Source of the DNA: Bacteroidia bacterium
Lineage (GTDB): Bacteria > Bacteroidota > Bacteroidia > NS11-12g > UBA9320
DNA length: 64,000 nucleotides
Reading direction: 5' to 3'
NCBI GenBank assembly: GCA_965216465.1
Contig: CBDCFW010000006.1
Span: forward strand, 1,120,001-1,184,000
Within the stretch, counting starts at the first letter, position 1, and each line of letters begins with the position of its first letter. Position numbers and translations under genes: made by a program. Below the pieces are notes generated by a model, which did not search any database, was not told the DNA's origin, and saw nothing but the letters and a program-made list of their open reading frames with translations. Shown piece by piece: positions 29,168 to 39,844 of this stretch.

Positions 29168-29812
29168 TTGAAAAAACGTACATACATAATATTGTTGTTT
29201 GCCTTTACACTGATATCGGCAAATCTAGATAACGGTAGAAAGTACTGGGACTTTAACAAAGATTTACCACCAGCTTTTGAGTTTTATGGTGATACTTGGG
29301 AAACCAATAAGGTTGGTCAAGGAATAGTATCCAAAGAAATGATGGAGTGGGGCTATGAACTTACACTCGAAACAGACACCTCAAAATACATTCATCCTAG
29401 CTTTGGAGATATTACCTCTAAGTATGGAATGAGATGGGGTAAGCTGCACAAAGGAATCGACATACATGTTGCACATGATGAACCCATTTATGCAGCATTT
29501 GACGGCGTAGTGCGGTTAAGAACCTATCAAAGCGAAGGTTATGGCAACGTATTGGTAATTCGCCATTTTAACGGTTTAGAAACGCTGTATGCCCATTTAA
29601 GTGAGTTGCCCGATTTAAAACAGAATGAAATTGTAAAAGGGGGCCAACTTATTGCACTTGGAGGCAATACTGGAACCAGTACGGGCACCCATTTACACTT
29701 CGAAACAAGATTTTTGGGGTACGCAATTGATCCGGCTAAATTTATCGATTTTGAAACCTACAAACTTCGTGAAAGTGTGGTTAAAGTGGATGAAACTTGG
29801 ATTGATTGGTAA
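29168..29812 (+). CDS. M23 family metallopeptidase
   Basis: HKGID, YGN..VIRH.NGLETLYAHL, GTHLHFETR; signal peptide. Confidence 0.92.
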   Translation: MKKRTYIILLFAFTLISANLDNGRKYWDFNKDLPPAFEFYGDTWETNKVGQGIVSKEMMEWGYELTLETDTSKYIHPSFGDITSKYGMRWGKLHKGIDIHVAHDEPIYAAFDGVVRLRTYQSEGYGNVLVIRHFNGLETLYAHLSELPDLKQNEIVKGGQLIALGGNTGTSTGTHLHFETRFLGYAIDPAKFIDFETYKLRESVVKVDETWIDW

Positions 29813-29925
29813 GCAATTGATTTGCTGATATTTTAGAGTGAGGTTTAGCAGACAATTCATCTTCAAGTAGAAGCACTTCTCCCCAATTTTATTTACCTTA
29901 GTTGCTCTTTTAGTATAAATGTACA

Positions 29926-32900
29926 ATGAGATTCCTGTACGCAACCCTTATATTTTTTTCAATGCTTGCCCAAGCACAAAACATTGACGATGCTCAAATT
30001 GTATTGAACACAGGTGGACATTTAGCCTCTGTAAAAAGTATTGACTTTAGTGCGGACGGAAAGTTATTATTCTCTATTTCTGATGATAAAACAGTTCGTG
30101 TTTGGAACATAGAACGAGAAGAATGTATTAAAACCTATCGCGGTTATGCCGAACGAGGAAGAGTAGGCATGCTCAATTCAGGATTAATTACACCCGATCG
30201 TGAAATTTTGGCTGTTGGAGGCTTCTTAGGGCACGGCGATGAAGATCAAGGAGAAATACGATTGATGAATTCTCATACTGGAGAAATTGTGTTCGTTTTA
30301 CGCGGACATCCATCACCCGTCATTTCACTTGGTTGTACTCCTGAAGAAGATTATTTAGCCAGTGGAAGCACAGATGGAAGCATTGGAATCTGGAGTCTAA
30401 ATAGTGGTAAAGGCATTAAACTAAGTGGTCATAATGACGAAGTTTATGCAACCGAATTTTCACCTGATGGTCAAAACTTGCTAACTGCCAGCTACGATAG
30501 TACTGCAATTATTTGGAATTTTAGAGAGATGCTCGAAACAGGAGAGCCTGAAGTGACAGTTCTTGACAAACAAGAAGATAAGATTCGCTGTGCAGCATAT
30601 TCACCAGACGGAAAATACATTGTTACAGCCGGTGAAGATGAAAAATTATTGCTATACGATGCAGAAGGGAATTTTATAAAGACCCTTATCCATCTCGACG
30701 ATAATGGAATCCAGAGTCTGGCAGATATTCACAGCATTTCTTTTTCTGATGACAGTAAAGTTATGGTTATTGGCACAAGACTACTAAGCGGTGCTAATGC
30801 TATTTCCTATTCTTTTCCTGAAGGAAATGTACTTCACGAATTTAAAGGAAATGACAATACGGTTATAGCCACAGCTATGTATGGCAATCGCTTGGTCGCC
30901 ACAGCCGGTGGATCAAAGCGAGATATTTATGTGTGGGATGCCTACACGGGTGAAATAAAAGCACATTTGGTAGGAGATGGTCAACGTGTCTTTAAGGTAG
31001 CCACAACCCCAAACAACCAATTGGCTTTAGGCTTTAAGCAGCAAGATACACCCCGAGTGAATAACTTTGGACGGCTTTCTACAAGCTTCGATTTGAATAG
31101 TTTGCAATTAACTTCAAGTGATAACGGTTTTGAAGCTTTTGAATCAGGAAGTATGACGTGGTCGGGCAAGCAGATTTATCATACTGGTCTATACACCCTT
31201 ACGGTGCTTCACGAAGACTATACTGAATCAATAATTGAAGTTGATCCAGGAACAGAAGGAGCCATAACCTGTTTTAGTTTTACCCCAAATGGTAATGTTG
31301 CGATTGGGTCTAATTTTGACTTGACGCTCTACTCAACTACTGGTGAATATTTGAAATCATTCAGAGGTCATGTTGCAGATGTTTACTCTCTAGCCTTCGA
31401 TGCAGAGCGAAACTTCATGTTTTCGGCAAGTGCCGACAATACAACCAAGATTTGGGATTTGAGCTTAGAAGGAAAGCGTGAAATTAAAATTGGCGAGTTT
31501 GAAATGACGATACGCGATCGTTATGGTGACGAGGCAGTGGATGGAATGATAGTCAAAGAAGGGGATAATTGGCTAACAAACTTCTACCACAACAGCTATC
31601 CTAAACGAGTGCTTCCAAAAGCAACTTTGTTTGTCAGTGCAAATCAAGATTGAGCACTGTGGACTAACGAACGTTATTATGCATCCTCAAGAAGAGGAAG
31701 CGCCATGGTTGGATTTCATCAGAATTTACACCCAGATACCTTAGCAGATTTTTACACTTTTGAGCAGTATGATGTACTTTGGAATAGGCCTGACAAGGTA
31801 TTGGAGATACTAGGTTATGGCAATAAAGAGCTCATTGACTTATACCATCTTGCTTATGTGAAACGATTAAAAAAGCTTGGTTTTACTGAAGAAGAGTTAA
31901 GAGATGTTGAAGGAGCCCCAAAAATTGAGGTCAACACTCCAAACCAGGTTGTTGATGAGTCACGATTTGGGTTCTATAATGTATTGACCGATTTTGAGCA
32001 TCGCATAGCTCGAGAGCACGTAACCATAAATGGAGTGCCAATATATGGTAAACAAGGCTTGGGAGGAATGAGCGAAACTATGGCCTCAACTCAAATTAAT
32101 ATGCTGCACACCAAGCTAACTCCGGGCATGAACAAGGTTCAGATTTGGTGCTCAAATTCAAAAGGAATTCAGTCGAAACGCGAAACCCGCTACATCTTTT
32201 TTGACACCGTTGATGTAAAACCCAATTTGTACATACTTGGACTTGGAGTTTCAGACTATGAGCAATCGGAATTTAATTTGAGATATGCCGACAAAGACAT
32301 TCGCGATTTCGTGGGTTTTTACAGCAACTCAGATCAATACGGTGGCATATTCGTGGATACTCTACTCAATGAGAATGTGAATCAGCAAAACATTGAAGAT
32401 GCTATAGAAAGACTAAGAAATGCTCGTGTCTTTGACCACGTGTTGATTTATATAGCAGGTCATGGAGTGTTAGATGAAGACTTGAATTACTTCTTGGCAA
32501 CCCATGATATGGACTTCAGTAATCCAGGTGACAATGGTTTAGATTATGGTTGGTTTGAGGACCAAATCGCAGAATTAGATGCAAGAACGCGAACTGTCTT
32601 TATCGATGCTTGTCATTCAGGCGAAGTGGATGCCGATGAAGTTGTTCGCACTGATAAATTGGCATCAGGAATCACAGCTTTAGAAAACCGAGGTGCGGAA
32701 GTGGGATCTTCTGGATTTGAAGAAAACCACGTGTACAAAATGATGAACGTGTTGTTCTCTGATCTCCGAGATAATTCAGGTGCTACTATTATAGCAAGTG
32801 CAGGCGGAAGTGAGTATGCCTACGAAGGCGAGGAGTGGAGTAATGGGGTGTTTACCTATGTTTTACTAAAGGCTCTGAAAGATGGAACTGCAGATTTGAA

Positions 32901-33030
32901 TGAAGACGGTGAAGTACTTCTTTCCGAACTCAAAAAAGTAATCCAAAATGAAGTTGAAAAATTGACTGGAGGTGCTCAGGTTCCCACAACCCGATTTGAA
33001 AACGTGAGTCAAGATTATCGTTTTTGGTAG
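29926..33030 (+). pseudogene. WD40-repeat + caspase (peptidase C14) protein interrupted by in-frame TGA at 31651-31653
   Basis: ORFs 29926-31653 and 31705-33030 are in the same frame; the junction reads ..NQD*ALWTNERYYASS.. WD40 repeats (GH...W); caspase dyad IAGHG and IDACHSG. Confidence 0.8.
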
Positions 33031-33086
33031 TGATTAATAGTTCTATTGTGGACACGAATCACCAATTTCTAACGTTCTTTGTAAAG

Positions 33087-33848
33087 ATGATTAGAAGAGT
33101 ACTGCAATTTGGGGTTTTGTTATTATTCTCTGTTGGAATATCTCATGCTCAAACCACTCCATATTACACCATACAGCAATCCCAAGAAATTGACAATTAC
33201 GAGAACATTGTCTTAGGAATTGCAACCAAAGGATTCGAAAAAATAGGAGACTACCCATTCATTAATATTGATTCATCTGCACAATACTTGCAAAGACGAT
33301 CTCCAGATGGTAAAGTGCTTCAAGATTATCGTCTAGACAATTTGGATACTTCTAGACGCTACTTCAAGTTTGGATGGATTCAGTCACTGAGCATGTTCGC
33401 CCTCGATTCTTCAAACCTCTATGTTTATGGCACAGAAATGGGATATGGATTCTTTCCATACATGTTTATCACAACCGATGGAAGTAAATCTTGGCAACCT
33501 ATTCTATTCACGACCGATGATATGCGCATTGGTCGCATGGATTTAAGCATGGAAAAAGGCACAGTACACATGTACAGCGAGCAAGAAGGTATAATTATGC
33601 AAGTCGTACGCTTTAGAGATACCTACGAATTGGTTGTATTGCGTACTGAAGATGGTTGGAAGACCTACAAAGAAAGAAGACACGAAATTAAAGGTTTAGC
33701 TTTTTCTCGACTTCGAAAATTTACATACAATGTATATGCAGATGGGGTTATAGAAGTTACCAACGACCGTAATCCAATAAATTTGATTTTTCAGTCTACC
33801 GATCACGGCAAGAGCTTTAATCCGTTAATGGTGGAGACAGTAGAATAA
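33087..33848 (+). CDS. Exported protein with BNR/Asp-box repeats
   Basis: Signal peptide from ATG 33087; TTDGSKSW, TEDGWKTY, STDHGKSF. Confidence 0.6.
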   Translation: MIRRVLQFGVLLLFSVGISHAQTTPYYTIQQSQEIDNYENIVLGIATKGFEKIGDYPFINIDSSAQYLQRRSPDGKVLQDYRLDNLDTSRRYFKFGWIQSLSMFALDSSNLYVYGTEMGYGFFPYMFITTDGSKSWQPILFTTDDMRIGRMDLSMEKGTVHMYSEQEGIIMQVVRFRDTYELVVLRTEDGWKTYKERRHEIKGLAFSRLRKFTYNVYADGVIEVTNDRNPINLIFQSTDHGKSFNPLMVETVE

Positions 33849-33865
33849 GTTAATTGCAGTTATCC

Positions 33866-33873
33866 TATATTTG
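33866..33873 (+). promoter_or_regulatory. -7 promoter element
   Basis: TATATTTG 7 nt before ATG 33881. Confidence 0.55.
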
Positions 33874-33880
33874 AGCACCT

Positions 33881-34423
33881 ATGAAAATTAGTTATAAAAT
33901 TCTTAAAAGAGTTGGTCTCTTTCTAAGTGTCTTGGTTTTAGCAATTTCTGCTTCAAGTTGCAAGAAGGAATGTGATGTAGAGGTAATCGACAATCACAAT
34001 GGCACATTAGAACACCGGTGGAATTTGAAATCGGTAGATCAGGTGGATGGCGAGTATAGTCAAGATGGCGAAATTGTTGCCACCATGGTCATGCACGGTT
34101 CTGATGTTGATGGTTTTTATGATTTTGGACAAGACGGAGTGCTCAATACGTCCGTTCGCTATAAAAATGTAATGAAGGTGATTGACCTTCAGGGAGATAC
34201 TAATGTTATGGACACCATTAATTTGTTTCAAGAGTTTAGCGGAGAATACAGCTACAATCCTACCTCGAGATATATGTATGTTTATGACAGTACCTACCAA
34301 CAAGTATTGTCGTATCATGTCACCAAGCTAACCCAAAATCAGTTAATTATTGAACATCCCTTTGCTCAGAAGGCAGGGCCATATATTATTTCATCGACGC
34401 TTCGACTTAAACTTGAAAGATGA
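33881..34423 (+). CDS. Lipocalin-like lipoprotein
   Basis: Lipobox-like ASSC-KK; W.L.S motif; Y.VTKLT..QL.I tail. Confidence 0.6.
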   Translation: MKISYKILKRVGLFLSVLVLAISASSCKKECDVEVIDNHNGTLEHRWNLKSVDQVDGEYSQDGEIVATMVMHGSDVDGFYDFGQDGVLNTSVRYKNVMKVIDLQGDTNVMDTINLFQEFSGEYSYNPTSRYMYVYDSTYQQVLSYHVTKLTQNQLIIEHPFAQKAGPYIISSTLRLKLER

Positions 34424-34645
34424 TATTTTAGATTGACTAATATTAGCAGCACCGCTGATGTTCAAAATCTAACCATGCACAATATCTCACTGGTAATAAA
34501 CCTTAGGTAGCTAGGTGAGGCCTACAAGGGCCGAGATAATGTCAGGTTAGTGCAAAATAATTGACCTTGGGTGCATGATGCCGAGCCCTTCATCAACTTA
34601 TCGTTAGCAGAATGTTACGCTAAGTTATATTTGCCGCATTCTCTG

Positions 34646-35401
34646 ATGAAGAAGAATAGACTCAATTTAGGCATTTTTTGTTTAGCGATGGCAGGTTTCA
34701 TAATGCTGTTGAATGCATGCTCAACTGACCCAGTGCATGCCTTAGGCAATTCTCCATTCTATGATTCTGCGGATAAGAAATTATGGAAACATCGAGTGAA
34801 TTGTGTTTCAAATGCCGATAGTCTTTCTCAAGGCTTTCCAGGAGTTGAAATCGATATATACTACATTGATTCTACTTCATCTTTCATTGCAACCCATGGT
34901 GAGCCATGTGCTGGAGGTTCGTTGCAAGAGGTAATATCTTCCATTTCGGACTACAAAACGAAATATTTTTGGCTAGACTTCAAAAATTCTGAAGATTCAT
35001 TAACTGTAGTAAAAGCTATTCCGCTGTTGAACGAACTCTTCGATACACTTTCCATTTCTGCTCATTGTATAGTTGAATCTAAGAATCCAGCTTGTATTGA
35101 TTCACTTGAAAGCCATAACATGTTCAGCAGTTACTGGGTTCCTCATCACTACGATTTTGAACCGTGGTATTCTGACGATGACTTAAAACCACTTATATCA
35201 GAAGTTTTAGAACATCATAATCCAACTGTTCTTTCGGCCAATTACACCATGGCTCCCTTCCTGGCAAGTAAATTCTCAGATCAATTCCTTCATATCTGGA
35301 CCAACGGTCTAATATCAGAAAAGGACAAAGACATTATAAATGATTTGAAAAAATACCCCAATATAAAGGTCATTTTAGTTGATTACGATTCACCCTTTTA
35401 A
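34646..35401 (+). CDS. Lipoprotein, PLC/GDPD-like phosphodiesterase fold
   Basis: LNAC lipobox; HRVN, GVEID, WLDFKN motifs; TATATTTG at 34626 supports this start. Confidence 0.55.
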   Translation: MKKNRLNLGIFCLAMAGFIMLLNACSTDPVHALGNSPFYDSADKKLWKHRVNCVSNADSLSQGFPGVEIDIYYIDSTSSFIATHGEPCAGGSLQEVISSISDYKTKYFWLDFKNSEDSLTVVKAIPLLNELFDTLSISAHCIVESKNPACIDSLESHNMFSSYWVPHHYDFEPWYSDDDLKPLISEVLEHHNPTVLSANYTMAPFLASKFSDQFLHIWTNGLISEKDKDIINDLKKYPNIKVILVDYDSPF

Positions 35402-35412
35402 TTCTAAAAACT

Positions 35413-37416
35413 TTGAAAAAACACCTCTTTCATTCTATAATTCAAATTTTCTTACTCATCTTGATTTTTATTATCATTCGAGTTCTTGAATTTATTTGGA
35501 TTACAGCACAAGGTACAATGGATTTTTCGTGGGATTTCTTTTTCTCAATTTGTGTGAATTTTGATTCACTGTTTCTGTATTACTGGGGCACTATAGCTTT
35601 GATTTTAAGCACATTACTTGGATTTATTAATTGGAAGATAGGTCGAGCAGTAAGAGTCACTTTTGGAGTATTTATCGTTGTTATTCATCTAATTTTTACC
35701 AGCTATTTTTTGGTCACTCACAACGTACTAAATTCGACATTATTCGAATTTTCAATGACAGAAATTCTCGAAATATTACGCAATGAGATGTCATGGAAAA
35801 CGGGCTTGTTCCTAGTGCTGACCATAGCAATTACCTGGTTGTCGATTCGCTTAATGAACAAGAGAATTCCAAGGATGAAAATGGGTTCAAAAGGACAAAC
35901 TATCGTCTTAATTGTTTATTTATTGGCGGCTATTCCAATTGGTTTGAATTGGAATCACCTCACCAAACCGATCCAGTACTTTGATTCAAATTATGAGTTT
36001 TTAGTGGGGAATTCGAAAGAGATGCTGTTTGCCAGCAGCGTTTGGAACAGGCAAAAGGTGCCGGATTTTAACTTGTATGAAACAGTTGATCAAACGGTAA
36101 AGTATCACGACGATCGAGACTATTTTCACTTCACAAACGATCAAATGCCTTTGATTCATGATGAGGATTATGAAAATGTTTTGGGTCCTTATTTTGTTAA
36201 GGATTCAACCATAAAACCCAACATAGTTTTAATTGTATGTGAAAGTCTTTCTCGTTCATTTTCGGGGAAGAATACTATTACTCCCGGAAGTTTAACTCCT
36301 TTTGTAGATAGCCTGGCAGCCAAAGGTTTGAGTTGGAATAACTTCTTTTCAAATGCTGAACGTTCGTATGGAGCCATGCCCAATTTACTGTCGTCGTTGC
36401 CAAATGGTACCGGACGTAGAGGTTTTGTAAATATGGGTCTACCTTTAGCTTCAGGAAGATTGTATCCAGCACATCAAAGTATGCTTGAATTGTTAAAAGA
36501 GCATAAATACCAAAGCAGTTCGTACTACGGTGGCTGGGGATATTACGATAATATGGGGTACTACTTTGATTTTCATCATATCGACCATCTGGTAACCGAA
36601 GACAGTTTTGACAACAAGCTTTTCGACCGTAGAAGAGAGTCTTTTGCATGGGGGTATAACGACCAAGATCTGTTTACACAGGCACAAATGCTTAAGCATA
36701 ACAGAGAGAAGGTTAAACCCTTTATTGATGTTTATCAAACCTTAAGCGTGCATACCCCATTTACGTCAGCTCCAGGAAGTTATTATGAAGCTGAATATCA
36801 AAAGAAGAAGCTAGAGGAGCTGAAGATTGATAGAAAGAAAATTGGCTATCTGCCCAATTACATCTTGGCGAATATCTTTTTTGCAGATGATGCACTCAAA
36901 GAGTTTATCACCGATTTGAGCAAGGATCCAAACTATGACAATACCATCTTCATCATTACTGGCGATCATGCTATTGATTATCCAATAGGTAAAGGTCCGT
37001 TGAACAAATTTCATATCCCGCTAATCATATATTCTGAGCTTCTAACATCTGCTGAAACATTTGAGGGAATCAGCTCGCACATCGATCTTGCACCTTCCTT
37101 GCTCGCCTTGTTGTCTGAAAATTATGGAATGGAGTTTCCTAAAGAAAAACATTGGATAGGTAGGGGACTGGATGTAAGCAAATCGTTTAGAAACAGGCAA
37201 GTTATACCGATGTGTATTTACGACGATATATTGCCTCAATGCGTTATAGACAATTGCATAGTTTATAAGGACAGAATAGTTGAATTTGATTCAAAATTCA
37301 ATACCACTGAAATTGAAGATGAAGCAAGAATTCAGGAGTTGAGAGAAATGTTAGACAACTACATTTACATTAACCAGTATTCTTGTGTACAGGATAAGTT
37401 GTGGTATCAGTATTAG
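35413..37416 (+). CDS. LTA synthase family / sulfatase-like membrane protein
   Basis: About five N-terminal TMs; PNIVLIVCES, S.HTPF, TIFIITGDH, SHIDLAP. Confidence 0.85.
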   Translation: MKKHLFHSIIQIFLLILIFIIIRVLEFIWITAQGTMDFSWDFFFSICVNFDSLFLYYWGTIALILSTLLGFINWKIGRAVRVTFGVFIVVIHLIFTSYFLVTHNVLNSTLFEFSMTEILEILRNEMSWKTGLFLVLTIAITWLSIRLMNKRIPRMKMGSKGQTIVLIVYLLAAIPIGLNWNHLTKPIQYFDSNYEFLVGNSKEMLFASSVWNRQKVPDFNLYETVDQTVKYHDDRDYFHFTNDQMPLIHDEDYENVLGPYFVKDSTIKPNIVLIVCESLSRSFSGKNTITPGSLTPFVDSLAAKGLSWNNFFSNAERSYGAMPNLLSSLPNGTGRRGFVNMGLPLASGRLYPAHQSMLELLKEHKYQSSSYYGGWGYYDNMGYYFDFHHIDHLVTEDSFDNKLFDRRRESFAWGYNDQDLFTQAQMLKHNREKVKPFIDVYQTLSVHTPFTSAPGSYYEAEYQKKKLEELKIDRKKIGYLPNYILANIFFADDALKEFITDLSKDPNYDNTIFIITGDHAIDYPIGKGPLNKFHIPLIIYSELLTSAETFEGISSHIDLAPSLLALLSENYGMEFPKEKHWIGRGLDVSKSFRNRQVIPMCIYDDILPQCVIDNCIVYKDRIVEFDSKFNTTEIEDEARIQELREMLDNYIYINQYSCVQDKLWYQY

Positions 37417-37461
37417 AGTTGGTTGATGAGGAGATAACGTCATTTTACATATATTAGCTTA

Positions 37462-39219
37462 GTGAAAAATCTACTTTTCTTTTTCTTGGTTTTAGTAACC
37501 TGTATTTCGGTTAGTTATCGAACAAATGCCGAAACCAAACAACCGCTCACCCAAGCTCAATGCAAGCAACTTATAGAAGAACGTGGTTATGATGCTTTAG
37601 GTGCTTTCGATACCATTTATCACCCCAATATTCTGCGTGCTGTTTATATCAAAAATGGAAAATTTGGTATGATCGATCAGTTTGGGAAAGAAATTACACC
37701 TCCTATTTATTCTGCCATTCCAAGTTTAAATACAGATTTACGAGACTATTCCACTGCCAAACACGATATTCTTATTGTGGTGACCGATGCCTACGGTTTA
37801 ATTGACTTGAACGGAAACATAGTTGTTGAACCTCAATACATCCATATTAGCCATCAATTGGAGTCTGTGCCCGAAGTTGACGGAGATGAAAGAAATCATT
37901 TATCAGTAATCAATGGCTACAAGGTGTTGCAAAAAGTGGTGGGCTTTGAAGCAGCAATCAGTTATGGTGAGTCTGTGTATTACGATGCACGCGGAAAAGT
38001 GATTGAACCTGATGCGGGTTCATCCAATAGCAAACCAAGACAGCAGTTAGAAATTGTTGAAGATGATTACGATGAAATCCATGAGTACATTTCTGACGTA
38101 AGAAAACCAGAAATGCTTCCTAATTATGGAAGAGAATGGACAAGTAGGAGAGGGAATATAGTAGGGTACAAAAATGATACTATAAAGAAGTGCGGTGTTA
38201 TGAATGTAGTTACTGGTGATACTGTAATTCCTTTCGAGTACGACGCCGTGTATATCAACTACCGCAAACAAATTGGACTAACCATTTGGGACAGCATCAG
38301 TAACAATAAAATTGTTAAGAAACGGCATGGATTAGCAGATCAAACCGGGAAAATGATTATCGAACCAATTTATGAAAGTGTTTTGCCATTTAATGATCTT
38401 ATTCAAGTGGTAAAGGATGAAAAAATGGCTCTATTTAGTCAGGATGGCAAGCAATTAAGCAAGTTCATTTACGGGCCAAAAATGGGAAGCGGAAATGGCG
38501 ATTTTATTGTCTTACAGAAAGGAGAAAACTGGGGATTGGTCAATATGGAAGGCAAAGAGCTAACTCGATTTGTCTACCAAAACTTCTACTTTCCGAATAG
38601 CCATGATTTGCCCTTCTCTGCGATTATTCCTTCCAAAGATGGAAAGAAAGCCATTTGGGATTATGAAATGAATAGGTACACCCCGTTTCATTATGGGGCG
38701 ATAATGGCAGAGTGCAATATTAAGAAAGGAGATTCTAGGCCATTTTTAGAAGGCGGAACTTATCATGCAAATCGACCAAATCGATTCTTTGTTGTTGGAA
38801 TGCCTACTGGTGAGTTGGATTGGCGAAAGCAACCTATTTTGAAATTCGGAATCATGGACACCAATTACAAGGAAATCGTTCCATGCACATACGACAGAAT
38901 TTTGAATGGCTATTACGACATATTAATTGTTCAAAATGAACGAAAGTATGCGTGTTTGAACTGGAGAACGAATGAACTTGTCACCGAATGGATTGACAAC
39001 CAGCCTGAAGAGAAGAATGGTAAATACCTCCTTTTTAAAAAAGAGGGCAAGTTTGGAATGATTAATCATGCAGGGGAAGTTGTTGTACCGTTTAAACATC
39101 CATACCGATTCTCAATCGAAACTACCTACCCAGGTTTGAAAAGGGTATACGACTATTCTGGAATGGAGTACTATTATGATGGGTACGGAAATGGGGTAGA
39201 AGTGAAGAAGCGGAGATAG
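37462..39219 (+). CDS. WG-repeat (KWG-type) exported protein
   Basis: Repeated K[FWY]G.I[DN]..G..[IV]...Y units; signal peptide. Confidence 0.8.
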   Translation: MKNLLFFFLVLVTCISVSYRTNAETKQPLTQAQCKQLIEERGYDALGAFDTIYHPNILRAVYIKNGKFGMIDQFGKEITPPIYSAIPSLNTDLRDYSTAKHDILIVVTDAYGLIDLNGNIVVEPQYIHISHQLESVPEVDGDERNHLSVINGYKVLQKVVGFEAAISYGESVYYDARGKVIEPDAGSSNSKPRQQLEIVEDDYDEIHEYISDVRKPEMLPNYGREWTSRRGNIVGYKNDTIKKCGVMNVVTGDTVIPFEYDAVYINYRKQIGLTIWDSISNNKIVKKRHGLADQTGKMIIEPIYESVLPFNDLIQVVKDEKMALFSQDGKQLSKFIYGPKMGSGNGDFIVLQKGENWGLVNMEGKELTRFVYQNFYFPNSHDLPFSAIIPSKDGKKAIWDYEMNRYTPFHYGAIMAECNIKKGDSRPFLEGGTYHANRPNRFFVVGMPTGELDWRKQPILKFGIMDTNYKEIVPCTYDRILNGYYDILIVQNERKYACLNWRTNELVTEWIDNQPEEKNGKYLLFKKEGKFGMINHAGEVVVPFKHPYRFSIETTYPGLKRVYDYSGMEYYYDGYGNGVEVKKRR

Positions 39220-39253
39220 GATTGGGCTCAATTGCGGTCAGATTTTTCTCAAA

Positions 39254-39844
39254 TCACCGCATATAATTCTGATAATCTTCCAATGTATCAATATCTATCA
39301 GCTGATTTGGATCGTTTGGAGCAATGGAGACAAATTTTTCAGCTAGAATAATGTGTTTGGCCCCTTGATCTCCTTTCAATTCCTGGAGGGCTTGAAAGTG
39401 GCTTTTGCTGAATAGGGCCGGTGGACCAACACCTGATTTATTGTACTTTGTTGCAACGAGGATGTCATTCAATTCTTGATCGGCACTTCTAAGAATTCTT
39501 TCTAGGTGATGTGATGTAAGCATCGGCATGTCAGGTAGCATAACAATTATATGCTTAAGGTTATTAATTTCTCTAATCAAAGTTGAAGTCCCAAGAGCTA
39601 TTGAAGACCCAATGCCTTCAACCCAATTATTGTTTAATACTACGCTAACTTTTGATGTGTCTATTGATTTAACGATCGATTCATAATCTGAACCTAGCAC
39701 AACACAAACAGCAGGAGTTATACTCAATGCCTTTTCAATACAAAGATTTAGCAATGTTTTATTGTTCCACAGTAGTAATTGCTTAGGTTGGCCCATTCTT
39801 TTCGAGCATCCTGCGGCGGGAATAATTATACCAAGCTCATTCAT
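39254..39844 (-). CDS. Molybdenum cofactor cytidylyltransferase-like (MocA/MobA NTP transferase)
   Basis: AAG.S.RMG.PKQLL, DMP, GD.GAK, DIDT..DY. Confidence 0.88.
   Translation of the reverse strand: MNELGIIIPAAGCSKRMGQPKQLLLWNNKTLLNLCIEKALSITPAVCVVLGSDYESIVKSIDTSKVSVVLNNNWVEGIGSSIALGTSTLIREINNLKHIIVMLPDMPMLTSHHLERILRSADQELNDILVATKYNKSGVGPPALFSKSHFQALQELKGDQGAKHIILAEKFVSIAPNDPNQLIDIDTLEDYQNYMR

Noticed and set aside
31651-31653. TGA as evidence for an alternative genetic code or selenocysteine
   Set aside because: TGA is a normal stop in many genes here (1348, 12684, 14822, 34423, 52428), Trp is TGG elsewhere, and the context suggests Trp rather than Cys.
34424-34625. Intergenic stretch with short GC-rich stems as a possible ncRNA or riboswitch
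   Set aside because: I could not match a known RNA family or a convincing extended structure by eye; it needs an Rfam search.
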